This document shows positions 19,697 through 28,751 of a stretch of 64,000 nt of DNA, one piece after another (the first letter of the stretch is position 1; every line of letters begins with the position of its first letter). The position numbers and the translations under genes were made by a program. Origin of the DNA: an uncultured delta proteobacterium (lineage in GTDB: Bacteria > Desulfobacterota > Binatia > Binatales > Binataceae); NCBI GenBank assembly GCA_963815835.1, contig CAWFIF010000001.1, positions 2,372,311 to 2,436,310 of the forward strand. Reading direction: 5' to 3'. The notes under the pieces are model-generated. The model saw only the letters and a list, made by a program, of their open reading frames with translations. It had not been told where the DNA came from and did no database searches.

Positions 19697-19714
19697 CACA
19701 GGCTTCAGCCTGTG
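19697..19714. repeat. REP-like palindromic element (CACAGGCTTCAGCCTGTG)
   Basis: Inverted partner of 19650, separated by a 29-bp spacer. Confidence 0.8.
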
Positions 19715-19739
19715 TTCTTCATCCAGGATCCACTCCATG

Positions 19740-20891
19740 TCATACCGTCGCGCGCAAGGCGGTCGCGATGTCGCGCCGCGTCGCATTGAGCGCCGGGACC
19801 GCCGCGCTTAGAAGGCCGATCGCCCCGGCGAGCGCGATACTTCCCGCCGCCACCATCGGCGTCAGTTGAATGATCAATCGTCCCGCAAAAATCAGATTCG
19901 ATCCCACAACGCTCAGCACCAGGTAGGCAATCGCCGATCCCAACATGCCCGCCGCTAGGCCGATCAGAACCCCCTCGGTGACGATCGAGCCCACCAACAT
20001 CCGGCGCGTGAATCCGATCGAGCGCATCACCGCCAGCTCATGACGCCGTTCGCGCACCGACATCGCCGCGGTGTTGGCCGCGACCAGCCCAATCACAACC
20101 GCGACGATCACGGCGATGAATTGGACGCCGACGAACAGCAAGCGGAATTGCTGCAAGCGGATCTGCGCCATCCCCATCTCGGTCTGGGTGGAGGTCTCAA
20201 ATGCGGAGTTCGCGAAACGGCTGTCGATCTCGTTAATCACCGAATTCGCGAATTCCGAACGATCGATACGAATGAAAAAGAGCACGACATTACCGCGGTT
20301 GCCGAATGCCTGGTTGAGGCGCTCGAAAGGCACGATGACCATGGCGGGCGGCACGTTGGCGCCGTCGAGGCTGCCGGCGATCGTCACGTCGATATCGGTC
20401 GGCAGGTTAGCGGCGCGGAAAGTGACGTTGTCGCCGATCTTCCATTTGAAGCGCTTCATCATCGACGCGGTGACTACGCCCGAAGAGCGCGAGCGCTCCA
20501 GCAGCGCGGCATCGGCGGGCGTGATGCCCCAGTCGGGATAGATGACGCTCATCTGGACCGGGTTGACGCCCAGGATGGGAATTATTTCGCCCGGATCGCG
20601 ATAGCTCCCGATGACGTAGAGAGCGCCGCTGACCGCATCGACATGAGGCATCGCGCGAATGGTCTGGGCGTAAGAGACGGGCAGGGTGTAGTCGAAACCG
20701 CCGAAGCCGGCCTTGTTCGCGCAATCCAGGCGCAGCGCGCTGACGCGGTCGCGTAGGAGCTGGCGGACCACCGCGGGCAGGCTCATCAAGGCGGAGAAAA
20801 TGAACATCGAGATGCCGATCGAGAGCACACTCAGCAGGGTGCGGCGTCGATTGCGGAACAGATTTATGAATACGAGGGGTAGGTACTTCAT
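19740..20891 (-). CDS. ABC transporter permease, FtsX/MacB-like
   Basis: 383 aa, paralog of the other four permeases. Divergent from the TetR gene. Confidence 0.85.
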   Translation of the reverse strand: MKYLPLVFINLFRNRRRTLLSVLSIGISMFIFSALMSLPAVVRQLLRDRVSALRLDCANKAGFGGFDYTLPVSYAQTIRAMPHVDAVSGALYVIGSYRDPGEIIPILGVNPVQMSVIYPDWGITPADAALLERSRSSGVVTASMMKRFKWKIGDNVTFRAANLPTDIDVTIAGSLDGANVPPAMVIVPFERLNQAFGNRGNVVLFFIRIDRSEFANSVINEIDSRFANSAFETSTQTEMGMAQIRLQQFRLLFVGVQFIAVIVAVVIGLVAANTAAMSVRERRHELAVMRSIGFTRRMLVGSIVTEGVLIGLAAGMLGSAIAYLVLSVVGSNLIFAGRLIIQLTPMVAAGSIALAGAIGLLSAAVPALNATRRDIATALRATV

Positions 20892-20972
20892 GCCTCGTCA
20901 CCGCGGCTTCAGCGGGTCGGAAAATCGGCAGAACGAGGTTGCTATGGTGACCCGCATGGCGCTATTCTCGTG

Positions 20973-21025
20973 ACCGACCGACGGTTGGTCGGTTAATTCA
21001 TCGAATAATGAACCGACGGTCGGTC
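20973..21025. promoter_or_regulatory. putative TetR operator pair in divergent promoter region
   Basis: ACCGAC-GGTTG-GTCGGT at 20977-20993 and the perfect palindrome ACCGAC-G-GTCGGT at 21012-21024. These flank the AT-rich TTCATCGAATAATGAA, 10-60 bp upstream of the tetR start. Confidence 0.5.
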
Positions 21026-21035
21026 TAAGGCAAGT

Positions 21036-21752
21036 ATGAGGCAGCCAAGTACACCGTCAGGCAAGCGAGTGGTAAAACCTCCTGATCAGCGCCGCGCCGA
21101 ACTCCTCGACTGCGCGCAGTTGTTGTTCCTCGCGCGCGGATACGACACCACCACCGTCAACGATGTCATCGAGAGGGCCGGCGTGTCGAAGGGGGCCTTC
21201 TATCACTACTTCACATCGAAGGAGGCGCTGCTCGAGGCGCTGGCCGAGCGCTTCGCGCGTCGAAGTGTCGAGCAGCTCGGCGACATCCTCGAAGACCCAT
21301 CGCTCGACGCGCTGACCCGCCTCAATGCCTTCCTCGCGCGCTCGCGCCAACTGCGTCTGGAAGCCGCGCCGATGATCCGCCCGCTGTTCGCCGCCATCTT
21401 TCGCCCCGAAAACATTGTGCTTTATCATCGCGTCAGCGCCGCCGGCATGGCGCTGATGACTCCTCTGCTCGCGCGCATCATCGCGCAAGGGGTCGAGGAG
21501 GGAATCTTCCGCACGCCCGATCCGGTCGGCACCGCCGAGATGGTGCTGCAGCTTGGCGCGGCAGCGTACGGAGTGATCGCGCGAGCGCTGCAGGCGACCA
21601 GTGAGCATGAGATCGAGGAGGCGGCCGATACGCTGGAGAACCTGCTGAAGCTTCACGGCGTCGCGATCGATCGCATCCTGTGCCTGCCCGAGGGCAGCGT
21701 TCGCCTCGTCGATCCCGGCTTCGTGCGCGCCATGATGATGGCGCGTCCGTGA
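21036..21752 (+). CDS. TetR/AcrR family transcriptional regulator
   Basis: N-terminal HTH TTTVNDVIERAGVSKGAFYHYFTSKEAL followed by an all-helical ligand domain. Confidence 0.85.
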   Translation: MRQPSTPSGKRVVKPPDQRRAELLDCAQLLFLARGYDTTTVNDVIERAGVSKGAFYHYFTSKEALLEALAERFARRSVEQLGDILEDPSLDALTRLNAFLARSRQLRLEAAPMIRPLFAAIFRPENIVLYHRVSAAGMALMTPLLARIIAQGVEEGIFRTPDPVGTAEMVLQLGAAAYGVIARALQATSEHEIEEAADTLENLLKLHGVAIDRILCLPEGSVRLVDPGFVRAMMMARP

Positions 21753-21818
21753 CGTCATCGCACCTTTGACTTTCGCCACGCCGCTATCCGATAAGTCTCA
21801 CCGATGAGGTGAATCCCT

Positions 21819-22040
21819 ATGCGCGCGATTCGGCATCCGCTCAGCGGCGCGATTTACGATTTGCAAAGCGACGGCACCATCCGCGTCGAGAAGGATGGCA
21901 AGGCCGGTATCTTCCGCGCCGATGGCGCCTACGTTTCGGGTGACATCTATTTCGCGGATCCGCACCTCTGCGTATGGATTGGCGGACGCGAGCTTCCCTC
22001 GCGCCATCGTCAGGCCGCAGAGGCGCCGAAGCAGAGCTAG
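21819..22040 (+). CDS. small hypothetical protein (73 aa)
   Basis: ORF only, positioned between tetR and the Rieske oxygenase gene. Confidence 0.3.
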   Translation: MRAIRHPLSGAIYDLQSDGTIRVEKDGKAGIFRADGAYVSGDIYFADPHLCVWIGGRELPSRHRQAAEAPKQS

Positions 22041-22051
22041 AGGAGTGGTCG

Positions 22052-23416
22052 ATGAACCTCAGCGACAGCACCAAACGCAATCGCTCCAGTGGAATCTCGT
22101 ATCAGCGCCTCCTCGACACCGATACGCATCCGGTGCCCGCGTGTCTGCGAATGGAAAATCCGCTCGAGTTGCCGCCCTCGGAAATTCCGGTGGAGCGCTA
22201 TACCTCGCGCGATTTCTTTCAGCTCGAGGTTGACAAACTGTGGAAGCGCGTATGGCAGATGGCGTGTCGCGAGGAGGACATTCCCGAAGTCGGCGATAAC
22301 ATCATCTATGACATCGTGGGAATGTCGTTTATCGTGGTGCGCACCGCGCCCTATCTCATCAAGGCCTACTACAATGCCTGCCTCCATCGTGGCCGGATGC
22401 TGCGCGAGAGCGGCAGTCTGCGCGCTTCCGAGTTCCGATGCCCGTTTCACGGCTTCGCCTGGAACATCGACGGCACGCTGAAGCATGTGCCCTGTCAGTG
22501 GGATTTCGCCCACCTGGATCCCGCGAATTGGAATCTTCCCGAGGCCGAGGTCGGCACCTGGGGCGGCTTCGTCTTCATCAATATGGATCCGAATTGCGAG
22601 CCGCTCGAGACGTTCCTCGGCGCGAAGCTCACCGAGCAGTTCGCGCGATGGCCGCTGGAGAAGCGCTACAAGCAGGCGCACGTCGCGAAGATCCTGCGAT
22701 GCAATTGGAAGGTCGCGCAGGAAGCTTTCATGGAGGCCTTTCACGTAGTCGCGACGCACCCACAATTGCTCGCGGGAATCGGCGACGCCAATTCGCAATA
22801 CGACGCGTGGGGAAATTTCAGCCGTGCGATTACCCCCAACGGCACTCCCAGTCCGCATCTTTCATGGCAGCCGAGCGAGCAGGAGATGTTCGATTCGATG
22901 GTCGATCGGCGTATCGGCGATCCTCCGATCGCGACGATTCCGGCGGGCATGACGGCGCGGCAGATTTCCGCGAGCGGCGGCCGCGAGATGATCCGTCCCG
23001 CGCTCGGCGCCGCGGTTGACGAGCTGTCCGACGCTGAACTGGTTGACAGCTTTTACTACACGGTGTTTCCGAACTTTCATCCATGGGGCGCGTATAACCG
23101 CATCACCTATCGATTCCGTCCATACGGCAGCGACGTCGATCAAGCGATCATGGAGTGCATGTATCTCGCGCCATTCAAGGAGGGCGAGCGCCCGCCCGCC
23201 GCGAAGATTCATCTGCTCGGCCCCGACGACGACTGGACCGAGGCGCCGGAGTTGGGTTTCCTCGCGCGCGTGTTCAATCAGGATACGTTCAATCTTCCCA
23301 AGGTGCAGCTCGGTTTGAAAACCACGCTGAAGAAAACCGTCACGCTCGCGAACTACCAAGAAACCAAGCTTCGCCACTTTCATCATGTGCTCGATCAGTG
23401 GCTCGCGCGGCCGTGA
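22052..23416 (+). CDS. Rieske [2Fe-2S] aromatic-ring-hydroxylating oxygenase alpha subunit
   Basis: Start at ATG 22052 behind an AGGAG RBS. Rieske ligands CLHRG...CPFHGF, and a catalytic mononuclear-iron domain downstream. Confidence 0.85.
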   Translation: MNLSDSTKRNRSSGISYQRLLDTDTHPVPACLRMENPLELPPSEIPVERYTSRDFFQLEVDKLWKRVWQMACREEDIPEVGDNIIYDIVGMSFIVVRTAPYLIKAYYNACLHRGRMLRESGSLRASEFRCPFHGFAWNIDGTLKHVPCQWDFAHLDPANWNLPEAEVGTWGGFVFINMDPNCEPLETFLGAKLTEQFARWPLEKRYKQAHVAKILRCNWKVAQEAFMEAFHVVATHPQLLAGIGDANSQYDAWGNFSRAITPNGTPSPHLSWQPSEQEMFDSMVDRRIGDPPIATIPAGMTARQISASGGREMIRPALGAAVDELSDAELVDSFYYTVFPNFHPWGAYNRITYRFRPYGSDVDQAIMECMYLAPFKEGERPPAAKIHLLGPDDDWTEAPELGFLARVFNQDTFNLPKVQLGLKTTLKKTVTLANYQETKLRHFHHVLDQWLARP

Positions 23417-24640
23417 TGCTGCCCTCGCAGTTCAATCCGCTCGCGCCCGAAACGGTCGAGAATCCGTATCCGTTTTATCGCGCGATGCGCGAGCATGCGC
23501 CGGTCTACCAGGTTGCGGGCGCGGGCTTTTTCATCATTAGCCGCTACGCCGACATTCTTAGCGCCCTCAACAACGAGGAGCTCTTCTCGTCGCGTCAGCC
23601 GCCGGGCGTGAATATCAGCGCGCCGCCCGAGGTGATGGAAATCTACGCGCAGGGCTATCCGCCGGTAGATACGCTGCTGACCAATGATCCGCCCGCGCAC
23701 ACGCGATATCGCGTGCTGGTGACGAAGGCGTTCTCCGCGCGCCGGGTCGCCACGCTGGAGCCCAAGGTGCGCCAGATCGCCGACGAGCTGGTCGAGAAGT
23801 TTGCGCGCGACGGCAAGGTCGAGTTGATGCATCAATTCGCGGTCGGCCTTCCGATGTCCGTGATCGCCGATGCGCTCGGGGTGCCACGCGAGGACATGGA
23901 CAAGTTCAAGCGATGGTCCGATGACTCGGTCGCGCCGCTGGGCGGAAATGATTTCGGCGGAGCGCCAAGTCGAGTGCACGCGCAGCATCGTCGAATTCCA
24001 GCATTATTTTGCGGCCAGGCTCGCAGAGCGGCGCGCCGCCCCGCGCGACGATCTGCTCACTGATCTGCTTAATGCGCGGCTGGAAGGCACCAAGCCGCTC
24101 GACATGGGGGAGATGCTGAGTATCCTTCAGCAGCTTCTGGTCGCCGGAAATGAAACCACCACCAACCTCATCGGTAGTGCGATGATGCTCGCGGTGCAGC
24201 ATCCCGATCTGATGCGGTCGCTGGTTGATGATCCGTCGTTGATCGGCAACTTCGTCGAAGAGGCGCTGCGAATGGAATCTCCGGTGCAGGGGCTCTTTCG
24301 CGTCACCAGGGAGGACGCGGAAGTCGGCGGCGTCGCGATTCCCAAAATGTCGCGCGTGGTGCTGATGTACGCCTCGGGCAATCGCGACGATGCGCAATTT
24401 CCCGACCCCGATCGTTTCGACATTCGGCGCGCGAATGCGAAAACGCATCTCGCGTTCGGGCAGGGAATCCATTTCTGCATCGGTGCCGCGCTGGCGAGAC
24501 TCGAGGCGCGCGTCGCGTTCGAGATTCTGCTGACGAGGCTCGGGAACATTCGTTTCGCTGAAGGGAATGACTTCGCGCATATGCCGAGCTTCATCCTGCG
24601 CGGCCTCAAGGCTCTGCATCTGGAATTCGATCCCGCCTAA
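23416..24640 (+). pseudogene. cytochrome P450, reading frame interrupted by one frameshift (~23940-23950)
   Basis: N-terminal part in frame 1 (23416 onward). The I-helix AGNETTT, EEALRMESP and the heme loop FGQGIHFCIGAALA lie in frame 2 (ORF 23870-24640). The joined length, ~408 aa, is typical of a P450. The ATG overlaps the Rieske stop (GTGATG). Confidence 0.7.
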
Positions 24641-24687
24641 TCTCGATTCGGTTTCCGTATTTGTGCGTGGCCGAGAAATTTCAGGCC

Positions 24688-24723
24688 TATGTAACTTGAC
24701 TGTTACGTAACAATTGTGTTACG
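24688..24723. promoter_or_regulatory. putative ArsR operator: tandem TGTAAC-N6-GTTAC inverted repeats overlapping the promoter
   Basis: TATGTAACTTGACTGTTACGTAACAATTGTGTTACG lies 10 bp upstream of the arsR ATG. It contains the perfect palindrome GTTACGTAAC and a TTGACT -35-like hexamer. Confidence 0.5.
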
Positions 24724-24732
24724 AAGACCATC

Positions 24733-25068
24733 ATGCAGGTTTTTTCAGCGCTGGCCGATCCCACCCGCGCCAAAATCATCGAGGTGCTCGCGCGCCGCGA
24801 TCTTAGCGCGGGAGAGATCGCCGCGCGCTTTCCGGTTTCGCGTCCCGCCGTGTCGCGCCACCTGCGCGTGCTGCGCAAGGCCCGCCTGGTGCGCAGCAGA
24901 GGAGACGCGCAGCGCCGCGTCTACAGCCTCAATCCGGCGGGACTTGACGAAGTCGAGAAGTGGGTCGCGCAATGCCGCGAGATGTGGAACCGCCGCCTCG
25001 ACGCGCTCGACGAATATCTGAAGCAGATGGTCGCGGAGGAAGCGAAACATGGGGAGAAATCCAAATGA
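24733..25068 (+). CDS. ArsR/SmtB family transcriptional regulator
   Basis: 111 aa with the HTH LADPTRAKIIEVLARRDLSAGEIAARFPVSRPAVSRHLRVL. Confidence 0.9.
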   Translation: MQVFSALADPTRAKIIEVLARRDLSAGEIAARFPVSRPAVSRHLRVLRKARLVRSRGDAQRRVYSLNPAGLDEVEKWVAQCREMWNRRLDALDEYLKQMVAEEAKHGEKSK

Positions 25069-25505
25069 ATCCGAAACACGAGGTCGACTCAACGCTGATA
25101 CTGAAGCGCGTCTTTGATGCGCCGATCGAACTGGTGTGGCGCGCGTGGACTACCCAAGAGGAGCTGGCAAAGTGGTATGTGGGAGGATGGGATCACGTCG
25201 TCCACTTTGCTGAAGCTGACGTGCGCGTGGGTGGAACCTATCGCATCAGTTTCGGAGCACCCGGAAAAACTCCGTGCGTCGAGTCAGGGCGCTACCGCGA
25301 GGTGATTCCGCTTCAGCGGCTTGCCTTTCAGGAGACCGTGACCATTGGCGGCGAGCATATACATACCAACGAAACGAGCATCGATTTTCGTGATCTAGGC
25401 GGACGCACGGAAATCACCATCACCACCAGCGGCTTCGAGTGCTGGCGCAATGCGGAAGGATGGGTCCCGGCGTTGGAGACGCTCGCCAAATACCTGGCGG
25501 CATGA
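25065..25505 (+). CDS. SRPBCC / Activator-of-Hsp90-ATPase (AHSA1)-like protein
   Basis: ATGA start/stop overlap with arsR. RVFDAPIELVWRAWT is typical of AHSA1-like SRPBCC proteins commonly paired with ArsR. Confidence 0.75.
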   Translation: MNPKHEVDSTLILKRVFDAPIELVWRAWTTQEELAKWYVGGWDHVVHFAEADVRVGGTYRISFGAPGKTPCVESGRYREVIPLQRLAFQETVTIGGEHIHTNETSIDFRDLGGRTEITITTSGFECWRNAEGWVPALETLAKYLAA

Positions 25506-25532
25506 AACCGCGCGAGATAATTAGGAGGTCCA

Positions 25533-26666
25533 ATGACTACGGAGAGCACCAAGGCAATCTCACCGAACCACGGCGACCTCATCCTGATGGTTGGGACGGT
25601 CAAGGGCGCGTTCATCTTTCATAGCGATCGCAGCCGCCGCGAGTTCAAAATGGCGGGGCCGTACTTCAAAGGTCAGGAAGTTTTCTCGGCCGCGTATCTT
25701 CCGGACAAGAACGCGCCGCGCATGCTGATGGGCGCTAAGAGTCAGCATTGGGGCTCGACGGTGAATTGGTCCGAGGACTTCGGCGCAAGCTGGCATGAGC
25801 CTGCCGATGGCAACATCAAATTTCCCGCCGGCAGCGAACTGTCGCTCAACGCGATTTGGGCGCTTGAGCCAGCGCCGCTCGTCGGTCCCAATGTGGTCTT
25901 CGCCGGCGTGGATCCTGCCGCGCTCTATCGCTCCGATGATCGCGGCGAGACGTTTCGTCCGAACGAGGCGCTGCTCAATCATCCCGAGCGCTCATACTGG
26001 ATGCCGGGATTTGGCGGACTCTGTCTGCATACGGTGCTGCCCGATCCGCGCGATTCAAACCGCATGATCGTCGGCATTTCGTCAGCGGGGGTTTATCGCA
26101 CCGACGACGGCGGCAAATCGTGGACGCGCCGCAACAAAGGCGTGCGCATGGATAATGATGGGCCGCCGAATGCCCCGCATTTCCGGCCGCAGTGCGCGCA
26201 CAAGCTGCGTTACGATGCGAAAAATCCCGCGCGGATCTATCTGCAGAATCATCCCGGAATGTATCGCAGTGATGACGGCGGCGATTCGTGGATCGACATC
26301 CACGAGGGCTTGCCGTCGGAGTTCGGCTTTCCGCTGGTCGCGCATCCGCAGCGCGCCGATACCGCATACCTGATTCCACTCACAGCCGATAGCTATCGCG
26401 TTCCCATCGAAGGCGCCGCTAAGGTCTGGCGCACCCGCGACGCCGGCGAATCGTGGGAGGCGCTGGGCAACGGACTCCCGCAACACGGCGCCTACTTTTC
26501 TGTGCTGCGCGATGCCTTCACCTCCGACAGCCTCGATCCCGCGGGCCTCTACTTCGGCACCCGCGGAGGGCAGATCTTCGCGTCCGCTGACGAGGGCGAA
26601 AGCTGGCGCTCGATCGCCGACTGGCTGCCCGCGGTTCTATGCGTAAAGGCCGCGGTGATAGCCTGA
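25533..26666 (+). CDS. BNR/Asp-box repeat beta-propeller protein (sialidase-like fold)
   Basis: Five S/T-x-D-x-G-x-S/T-W/F Asp-boxes (SDDRGETF, TDDGGKSW, SDDGGDSW, TRDAGESW, SADEGESW) spaced ~60 aa apart. Confidence 0.7.
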   Translation: MTTESTKAISPNHGDLILMVGTVKGAFIFHSDRSRREFKMAGPYFKGQEVFSAAYLPDKNAPRMLMGAKSQHWGSTVNWSEDFGASWHEPADGNIKFPAGSELSLNAIWALEPAPLVGPNVVFAGVDPAALYRSDDRGETFRPNEALLNHPERSYWMPGFGGLCLHTVLPDPRDSNRMIVGISSAGVYRTDDGGKSWTRRNKGVRMDNDGPPNAPHFRPQCAHKLRYDAKNPARIYLQNHPGMYRSDDGGDSWIDIHEGLPSEFGFPLVAHPQRADTAYLIPLTADSYRVPIEGAAKVWRTRDAGESWEALGNGLPQHGAYFSVLRDAFTSDSLDPAGLYFGTRGGQIFASADEGESWRSIADWLPAVLCVKAAVIA

Positions 26667-26674
26667 ATGCCGTG

Positions 26675-26959
26675 ATGCGCTTTCATTTGCCATCAGCGCT
26701 GCGCAGATGGGCGGGCGACAATGAGATCATCGAGATGAGTCTCCCGCCCGACGCGCGGATGACGATCGTCGAGGCGTTCGTGATGCTGGGCCGCGACTAT
26801 CCCGGCATACGGCAGCGCGTGCTCGACGATCAGGGCAACATCCGCCGCCACGTCAACATATTCGTTGACGGCGAGAACGTGCGCTTCGCGCAAGGCGGCG
26901 CAACGCAGGTCACGCATGCTTCCGAGGTGCGAATCTATCCCGCGATTTCGGGTGGATGA
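26675..26959 (+). CDS. MoaD/ThiS-family ubiquitin-like small protein with C-terminal Gly-Gly
   Basis: 94 aa from ATG 26675, ending ...VRIYPAISGG-stop. Beta-grasp-like pattern (VNIFVDGENV). Confidence 0.6.
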   Translation: MRFHLPSALRRWAGDNEIIEMSLPPDARMTIVEAFVMLGRDYPGIRQRVLDDQGNIRRHVNIFVDGENVRFAQGGATQVTHASEVRIYPAISGG

Positions 26960-26968
26960 TTGGAGAAA

Positions 26969-27607
26969 ATGATGAAACTTTACGAATTCGCTCCCACCCG
27001 CTCGATCCGTGTGCGCTGGACGCTCCAGGAACTCGGTGTCCCCTTTGAATCTGTCACGGTCAACATGATGGCGGGAGAACACAAGAGTCCTGCGTTCCTG
27101 AAGATCAATCCCGCCGGCAAGCTCCCGGTGCTCGTCGACGGCGACCTGACGCTCACCGAATCGATCGCGATCTGCCTCTATCTCGGCGAGAAATACATCG
27201 ATAAGGGTTTGATGCCCCGCGATCTCGGACAGCGCGCCGAGTTCTATCGATGGCTCCTGTTCGCCGCGACAGAGCTGGAGCAGCCGCTATGGCGCATCGC
27301 GCGCAATACCGCAGTTTATCCAGAGAACAAACGCGTGCCCGCTGATATCCCTAATGCGCGGGAGGACTTCGCGCAGATGGCGGCGGTGCTCGACGAGCAC
27401 TTGAAGTCGCGTCAGTTCCTGGTGGGCAATGCGGTGAGCATCGCGGACTTCATCATGGCGTACACGCTCGACTGGGCGAACGAAGTGCAATTGCTCGACG
27501 GCTTCCCGCAGTTGAAAGCTTACATGACGAAGATGTACGCGCGCCCGCACGCGGCCCCGCGCATTGCGCAGGCTTTCGCGAGCCTCAATCAGCCGATGGC
27601 TCGTTAA
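26969..27607 (+). CDS. glutathione S-transferase
   Basis: Thioredoxin-like N-domain (KLYEFAPTRSIRVRW...LPVLVDGDLTLTESIAICLYL) and a helical C-domain. Confidence 0.85.
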   Translation: MMKLYEFAPTRSIRVRWTLQELGVPFESVTVNMMAGEHKSPAFLKINPAGKLPVLVDGDLTLTESIAICLYLGEKYIDKGLMPRDLGQRAEFYRWLLFAATELEQPLWRIARNTAVYPENKRVPADIPNAREDFAQMAAVLDEHLKSRQFLVGNAVSIADFIMAYTLDWANEVQLLDGFPQLKAYMTKMYARPHAAPRIAQAFASLNQPMAR

Positions 27608-27654
27608 CTCGTTCCGGCCAAATCAGAAAAACCAACGGCCCTCAAGCTCGATGC

Positions 27655-27966
27655 TTGTGGTATGATTGCGACATGGAACGCGGGGTCGCCATCGCTAAGC
27701 TGAAAGCCCACGAGGCCGAGTTCAAACGTCTGGGCGTGCAGCATCTCTACCTTTTCGGCTCAACCGCGCGCGGCGAGGCACGCGACAATTCCGACGTCGA
27801 TTTGTTCTTCGATCATCCAGTGGGTTCGATCGGGCTTTTCGAATTGATGGATGTCAAGGATGCCGCCGCGCGAATCCTCGGACGGAAAACCGACATCATG
27901 ACGCGGCGGAGCTTGCATCCGATCCTGCGCAAACGAATCGAGGAATCGGCATTGCAAGTATTCTGA
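27655..27966 (+). CDS. MntA-like minimal nucleotidyltransferase (type VII antitoxin)
   Basis: NTase fold motif LYLFGSTARGEARDNSDVDLF. Alternative start at ATG 27673. Confidence 0.75.
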   Translation: MWYDCDMERGVAIAKLKAHEAEFKRLGVQHLYLFGSTARGEARDNSDVDLFFDHPVGSIGLFELMDVKDAAARILGRKTDIMTRRSLHPILRKRIEESALQVF

Positions 27967-28342
27967 TGGCCAAGTCCAGGTCTTCGCCGGTTCCATGCCT
28001 GAATGACATCGTTGAGGCGATCGAAGTTATCCGCTCCGAGTGGCGGGACTAACCCTGGATGCGTTCGAAGCGGATACACGTAAGCGTTGGCTGGTGGAGC
28101 GGGGTCTGGAAATCGTTTCGGAAGCCAGCCGTCATCTATCTTCTGCTCTAAAGTCCCGCCATACGAACATTCCGTGGTCGAAGGTGGCTGGAATCGGCAA
28201 CGTGCTGCGCCACGAATATGAGCGCATCGCGCATGACGTGCTGTGGCGGGTCGTATGTGACGACTTGGCGGAATTGGAGCGCGTCTGCCGCGAGGAACTG
28301 GCGACGGAACGCGCGCGTGAACGACCGAAAACGATAAAGTAG
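27966..28342 (+). pseudogene. HepT-like HEPN toxin (DUF86), frameshifted
   Basis: ATG 27966 (TGATG overlap with mntA) gives MAKSRSSPVPCLNDIVEAIEVIRSEWRD, then a stop at 28048. The remainder (GLTLDAFEAD...NIPWSKVAGIGNVLRHEYERIAHDVLWRVV, the RNxLxHEY HEPN motif) continues in the -1 frame from ~28040. Confidence 0.65.
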
Positions 28343-28429
28343 CACACCGGCACCGCTTCATTCGCGAGCAGCGGTACCGACAATCCCATCGGGGCTGGCC
28401 GATTTCAGTATCGCGAACTGATCGCTGCG

Positions 28430-28714
28430 TCAGTCGCCACTCTTGTCCAGCGCGATGGTGCGGTCGTTGGCTTCGTGCAGTTCGGCGGACATCACCTTCC
28501 AGATGCCGAGATGCTTTTGCATCCTCACTGAGACCACCCCGTTGCCGCTGGTCCCCGTCACCTCGAGAGAGAACGTCGCGTCGCCCTCTTGGGTGCCGAG
28601 GTAGTTTTCCTCATCGCTGCGCCATCGGCTCCAACAGATAACTGCCGGATGATGGGGCGATGCTTCCCGCTCGTTCCATGCCTCGATGGTAAAGACGCCT
28701 CCGAAACGAGGCAA
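28430..28714 (-). CDS. hypothetical small cytoplasmic protein (94 aa)
   Basis: ORF in the low-GC islet, immediately downstream of the secreted Cys-rich protein gene. Confidence 0.4.
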   Translation of the reverse strand: MPRFGGVFTIEAWNEREASPHHPAVICWSRWRSDEENYLGTQEGDATFSLEVTGTSGNGVVSVRMQKHLGIWKVMSAELHEANDRTIALDKSGD

Positions 28715-28751
28715 CGTCGCGCCTCTGAGCCGAATAACGGCCGAGGATTTC

